DNA of 64,000 nucleotides from an uncultured Candidatus Kuenenia sp. (GTDB lineage: Bacteria; Planctomycetota; Planctomycetia; Pirellulales; UBA1268): the NCBI GenBank assembly GCA_964453165.1, contig CAYVNX010000001.1, positions 27,284 to 91,283 of the forward strand, given 5' to 3'. Of this stretch, positions 60,964-64,000 are shown one piece after another (within the stretch, counting starts at the first letter, position 1; every line of letters starts with the position of its first letter). The notes beneath the pieces were generated by a model. The model was given only the letters and a program-made list of their open reading frames with translations. It made no database searches and was not told the origin of the DNA. Made by a program: the position numbers and the translations under genes.

Positions 60964-61539
60964 CTAGCGGATCAGGCTCCGGGCCGCCCAGAGATACTCG
61001 AGGCCGGACCAGCCCGTGGAGATCACGGCGGCCCAGGTCGCCCAGATCGCGAGGTGGCCGAGTGACACGGGTTCGGGCCAGAGGTCGGGCCAACTGCGGG
61101 CGGCCAGGACACAGGCCACAGCCACGCACTGGAGCACCATCTTCACCTTGCCGGAGAAGCTGGCGGAAAAGTCGGAGCCGGCCCGCTCCAATTCGGCCCG
61201 CAGGGCCGTCACGACGAGTTCCCGCACGACCACCAGCACCGCCATCCAGGGCAGGATCGGGCCGGCATCGCCGGCCACGAGGATGAACGCCCCACAGATC
61301 AAGACCTTGTCCACGAGCGGATCGAAGATCCGCCCGAGCCGGCTCACCTGATCGAACCGCCTGGCATACCAGCCATCGATGCCGTCGCTGGCAGCCGCGA
61401 CGACGAACAGGATCAGGGCTGCCGGCCAGGCCTCCTGCTGGATCGCCCAAAAGGCCACGATCGCGAGCACGAACCGCGCGAGCGAAATCAGATTTGGCAC
61501 CGTCCAGACGCGGTCGCTGGCAGGATCGCCCCGCATCAC
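60964..61539 (-). CDS. pgsA: CDP-diacylglycerol--glycerol-3-phosphate 3-phosphatidyltransferase
   Basis: CDP-alcohol phosphatidyltransferase motif SDGIDGWYARRFDQVSRLGRIFDPLVDK. The start overlaps the rimO stop by 4 nt. Confidence 0.85.
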   Translation of the reverse strand: MMRGDPASDRVWTVPNLISLARFVLAIVAFWAIQQEAWPAALILFVVAAASDGIDGWYARRFDQVSRLGRIFDPLVDKVLICGAFILVAGDAGPILPWMAVLVVVRELVVTALRAELERAGSDFSASFSGKVKMVLQCVAVACVLAARSWPDLWPEPVSLGHLAIWATWAAVISTGWSGLEYLWAARSLIR

Positions 61540-62996
61540 TCGGCATCCTCGACGGCCACTGCCGCGACGTCGTATCCCGCAGCCGCGACCACGTCCACCG
61601 GGACGATGTGGCCCGTGAGCGGCGGTCCCGCCTCGCTGCCCGGCGCGGTCACGTAGGCCACGCAGTCGATATCGGGCGCGTCGGCCCGCGTGCGGCCGAT
61701 CCAGACATCGTCGCGGGCCTCGCTCCGCCGATCGATGATCACCGCCTGCCGCCGGCCCACCTGGGCCGCGGCATGCTCGTGGGCGATCGCCTGCTGGAGC
61801 GTCATGAGTTCATCGCGGCGGGCCTGCTTCTCGGCCTCCGGCAGATGGCCGTCGAGCCGGGCCGCGGGCGTGTCGGGTTCGAGCGAGTAGGGAAACACGC
61901 CCACCCGCTCGAACCGCCAGCGGGCTGCAAATTCGAGCAGTTCCTCGAACTGGCTGCGGGTCTCGCCGGGGAAGCCCGTGATGAAGGTGGTCCGGAGCAC
62001 GAGGTCGGGAACGCGTTCGCGGAGCTTGGCCAGGAGATCTTCCGTGGCAGCCCGATTCACGCGGCGTTGCATCCGCTTGAGCACCGCGTCGGAGGCGTGC
62101 TGCAGGGGCATGTCGAGGTAGGGGAGAATCTTGCCGCTGCCGGCGATCGTGGCGATCAGGCCGTCGGTGAAATGGATCGGGTAGAGGTACATCAGCCGGA
62201 TCCACTCGATGCCCTCGACCTGCTCAAGCTCCGCGAGCAATTCCACGAGCCGCGGCTCGCCGTAGAGGTCGATGCCGTAAAAGGTCGTGTCTTGGGCGAC
62301 GAGCACGAGTTCCTTCACGCCGTCGGCTGCGAGCTCCCGGGCCTCGCGCACCACTTCCTCGATCGGCTTTGTCGCATGCTTGCCCCGCATCCGGGGAATT
62401 GCGCAGAAGGTGCAGGTCCGGTCGCAGCCTTCGGAGATCTTGAGGTAGGCGACGTGCCGCGGCGTGACCCGGAGCCGACCAGTGTCGCCCAGGGCCCGGG
62501 CCGGGGCGGGCCGGAACAGGCTCCGCTGGTCGTGGAGGCCGCCGATCAGCCGCTCGGCGGCCCGGGCTACCTCGTCGCGGGAGAAGACGCCAATGACGGC
62601 GTCGACCTCGGGAAGTTCCTCGAGCAGGCTCTCCTTCTGCCGCTCGGCCAGACAGCCCGCCACGATCACGCCGCGCGTGCCTCCGGCCCGCTTGAGGGCC
62701 AGCATCTCCTCGACCGCCGCGTAGGACTCCTGCCGCGAGGCATCGATGAAGGCGCAGGTGTTGACGATCACGAGGTCGGAGCCCTCCGGCTCGCGGACGA
62801 ACTGCCAGCCGTCGTCCCGCAACAGACCCAGCATCCGCTCGCTGTCGACGAGGTTCTTGGGGCAGCCGAGCGTGACGAGCGAAAAGCTGCCGCGCCGGGT
62901 CGCGGGATCGCCCTCCGGCACCGCGGGTAGCACGGCAGGGCCGGCGCCGCAGACTTCGGCCGAGCCAGGATCGACGATCGGAAGCGAGGTTTTCAT
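61536..62996 (-). CDS. rimO: Ribosomal protein S12 methylthiotransferase
   Basis: UPF0004 N-terminus SLVTLGCPKNLVDSE, radical-SAM EGCDRTCTFCAIP, C-terminal TRAM-like region. Confidence 0.9.
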   Translation of the reverse strand: MKTSLPIVDPGSAEVCGAGPAVLPAVPEGDPATRRGSFSLVTLGCPKNLVDSERMLGLLRDDGWQFVREPEGSDLVIVNTCAFIDASRQESYAAVEEMLALKRAGGTRGVIVAGCLAERQKESLLEELPEVDAVIGVFSRDEVARAAERLIGGLHDQRSLFRPAPARALGDTGRLRVTPRHVAYLKISEGCDRTCTFCAIPRMRGKHATKPIEEVVREARELAADGVKELVLVAQDTTFYGIDLYGEPRLVELLAELEQVEGIEWIRLMYLYPIHFTDGLIATIAGSGKILPYLDMPLQHASDAVLKRMQRRVNRAATEDLLAKLRERVPDLVLRTTFITGFPGETRSQFEELLEFAARWRFERVGVFPYSLEPDTPAARLDGHLPEAEKQARRDELMTLQQAIAHEHAAAQVGRRQAVIIDRRSEARDDVWIGRTRADAPDIDCVAYVTAPGSEAGPPLTGHIVPVDVVAAAGYDVAAVAVEDAE

Positions 62997-63003
62997 GGCT
63001 CCC

Positions 63004-64000
63004 TCAGGTCGTCCGGGCCGCGATCAGCTTGTCGAGTTCACCCCGCAGCCGCGGCAGAATTTCGTCGTAGGGGAAAGCCCCCAGCTCCTCGCTCCGCTTC
63101 TTGAGGTTGACGTGAGTAGGGCCGCACCAGAGACCGAGGTCGGCGTCGTCGGTCTCGCCCGGGCCATTCACCCGGCAGCCCATCACGGCGATCGTGATCG
63201 CGTGGTCTTTGGCATAGGCCGTCATCTCCTTGACCTGCTTGGCCAGGTCGATGAAGGCCTCGTTTTCCACCCGCGAGCAGCTTGGGCAGGAGATGATGTT
63301 GAGCGAGGCGAGGCCGTAGTCGACCACGCTTCGCACCCTTCCCGCGGCAATGTCGGCCAGGATCGCGTTGGCGGCCGCGATCTCCTGCGGCTTGTCGGCG
63401 TTGGCGACGGTGAGAGAGACCCGCACGGTGTCGCCAATGCCCCGCGAGATCAGCTGCTCGAAGGCGATCCTCGTCTTGATGATGCCGTCCGGCGGCATGC
63501 CGGCCTCGGTCACACCGAGATGCAGTGGCACGTCGGGCCGTTCGGCGGCGAACCGGCGATTGACCTCGATCACCTTCTGCGGGTCAGAATCCTTGAGCGA
63601 CACGCAATACCGCGTGAAGCCGAGCGAGTCGAGCAGGCTGCAATGTTCGAGGGCGCTGGCGAGCATCGGACCGATCGAGTCGTCCTCGGCAAACTGCTCT
63701 TTCTTGGCCGGATCGACGCTGCCGCAGTTCACGCCCACCCGCAGCGCACAGTCGTTCGCCGCCGCGGTGTCGGCGATGAGCCGCACCTTGTCCTGCCAGG
63801 GCTTGGTCGGCTCGTGGTGGTAGAGGTGGCCGGGGTTGTAGCGGAGCTTGTCGACGTGCGGGGCCACCTCGAGGGCCAGGCGGTAGTTTTCCTGCAGGTC
63901 GATGGCGAGATTGGCGGCGGTGCCGGCCCGGATGGCGGGCAGGGCGGCGGCGTCTTTCTTCGAATCAACCGCGATTCGCACCACGCCGGCGCCTGCGGCA
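63004..64000 (-). CDS. ispG: 4-hydroxy-3-methylbut-2-en-1-yl diphosphate synthase, long form; N-terminus outside the window
   Basis: LRYNPGH, VGVNCGS, C-terminal cluster ligands ISCPSCSR ... [13 protein letters not shown]. The frame stays open to nt 64000. Confidence 0.9.
   Translation of the reverse strand, partial: AAGAGVVRIAVDSKKDAAALPAIRAGTAANLAIDLQENYRLALEVAPHVDKLRYNPGHLYHHEPTKPWQDKVRLIADTAAANDCALRVGVNCGSVDPAKKEQFAEDDSIGPMLASALEHCSLLDSLGFTRYCVSLKDSDPQKVIEVNRRFAAERPDVPLHLGVTEAGMPPDGIIKTRIAFEQLISRGIGDTVRVSLTVANADKPQEIAAANAILADIAAGRVRSVVDYGLASLNIISCPSCSRVENEAFIDLAKQVKEMTAYAKDHAITIAVMGCRVNGPGETDDADLGLWCGPTHVNLKKRSEELGAFPYDEILPRLRGELDKLIAARTT

Noticed and set aside
1-64000. Searched by eye for tRNA/rRNA/tmRNA/SRP-RNA-like sequences, transposases, integrases, phage genes, toxin-antitoxin pairs and a clear compositional island around the T7SS-like operon.
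   Set aside because: None recognised. Intergenic regions are short and the 39.4-44.7 kb locus does not look compositionally different by eye. A proper GC/codon-usage scan and tRNAscan/Infernal run would be needed to be sure.

Overview
This is a visibly GC-rich bacterial chromosomal segment (G+C not computed). I saw no rRNA, tRNA, CRISPR array, transposase or integrase. The gene content fits Planctomycetota/PVC: a PVC-type membrane-bound-dehydrogenase/heme-binding protein, DUF1570-like and YHYH-type proteins, a giant exoprotein ending in PATR plus dockerin-like repeats, and an ftsQ-like gene with no ftsA/ftsZ after it. That assignment is inferred from family knowledge, not from a search. Layout: nt 1-18347 is one ORF of more than 6,100 aa whose 5' end lies off-window. 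Next come a rhodanese, a di-heme cytochrome c, a frameshifted YHYH-domain pseudogene, zwf fused in frame to a cyclic-nucleotide-binding domain, comM, a PAP2 phosphatase, a CheY-like regulator and a 921-aa heme-binding protein. These are followed by dnaG-rpoD, a Zn-ribbon coiled-coil protein, greA, yggS and a chlorite-dismutase-family (ChdC/HemQ-like) gene. The right half holds two HtrA proteases, cinA, thiL, tsaE, a reduced murE-like/murB/ftsQ-like cluster, and a minus-strand string rimO-pgsA-CPBP-acyltransferase-Rieske-GNAT, ending with a partial ispG. The most interesting locus is 39447-44682, a four-gene plus-strand operon. It encodes two 78-90-aa helical-hairpin proteins with a central W-x-D (WXG100-like) motif, a 202-aa helical protein of unknown function, and a 1,339-aa FtsK/SpoIIIE-family ATPase. 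That ATPase has an approx 400-aa coiled-coil N-terminus, no transmembrane segment, and one canonical P-loop module flanked by two degenerate ones. This is the genetic signature of a type VII (ESX/Ess)-like system, here in an atypical form with no visible membrane anchor in a diderm PVC-type background. Other notable points are a two-hairpin REP-like element present twice in inverted orientation, three tandem GGA-containing repeats in the greA leader, and two promoter-like sites sharing TTGACN-N17-TAGATT. Most long alternative-frame ORFs in the track are GC-driven artefacts.
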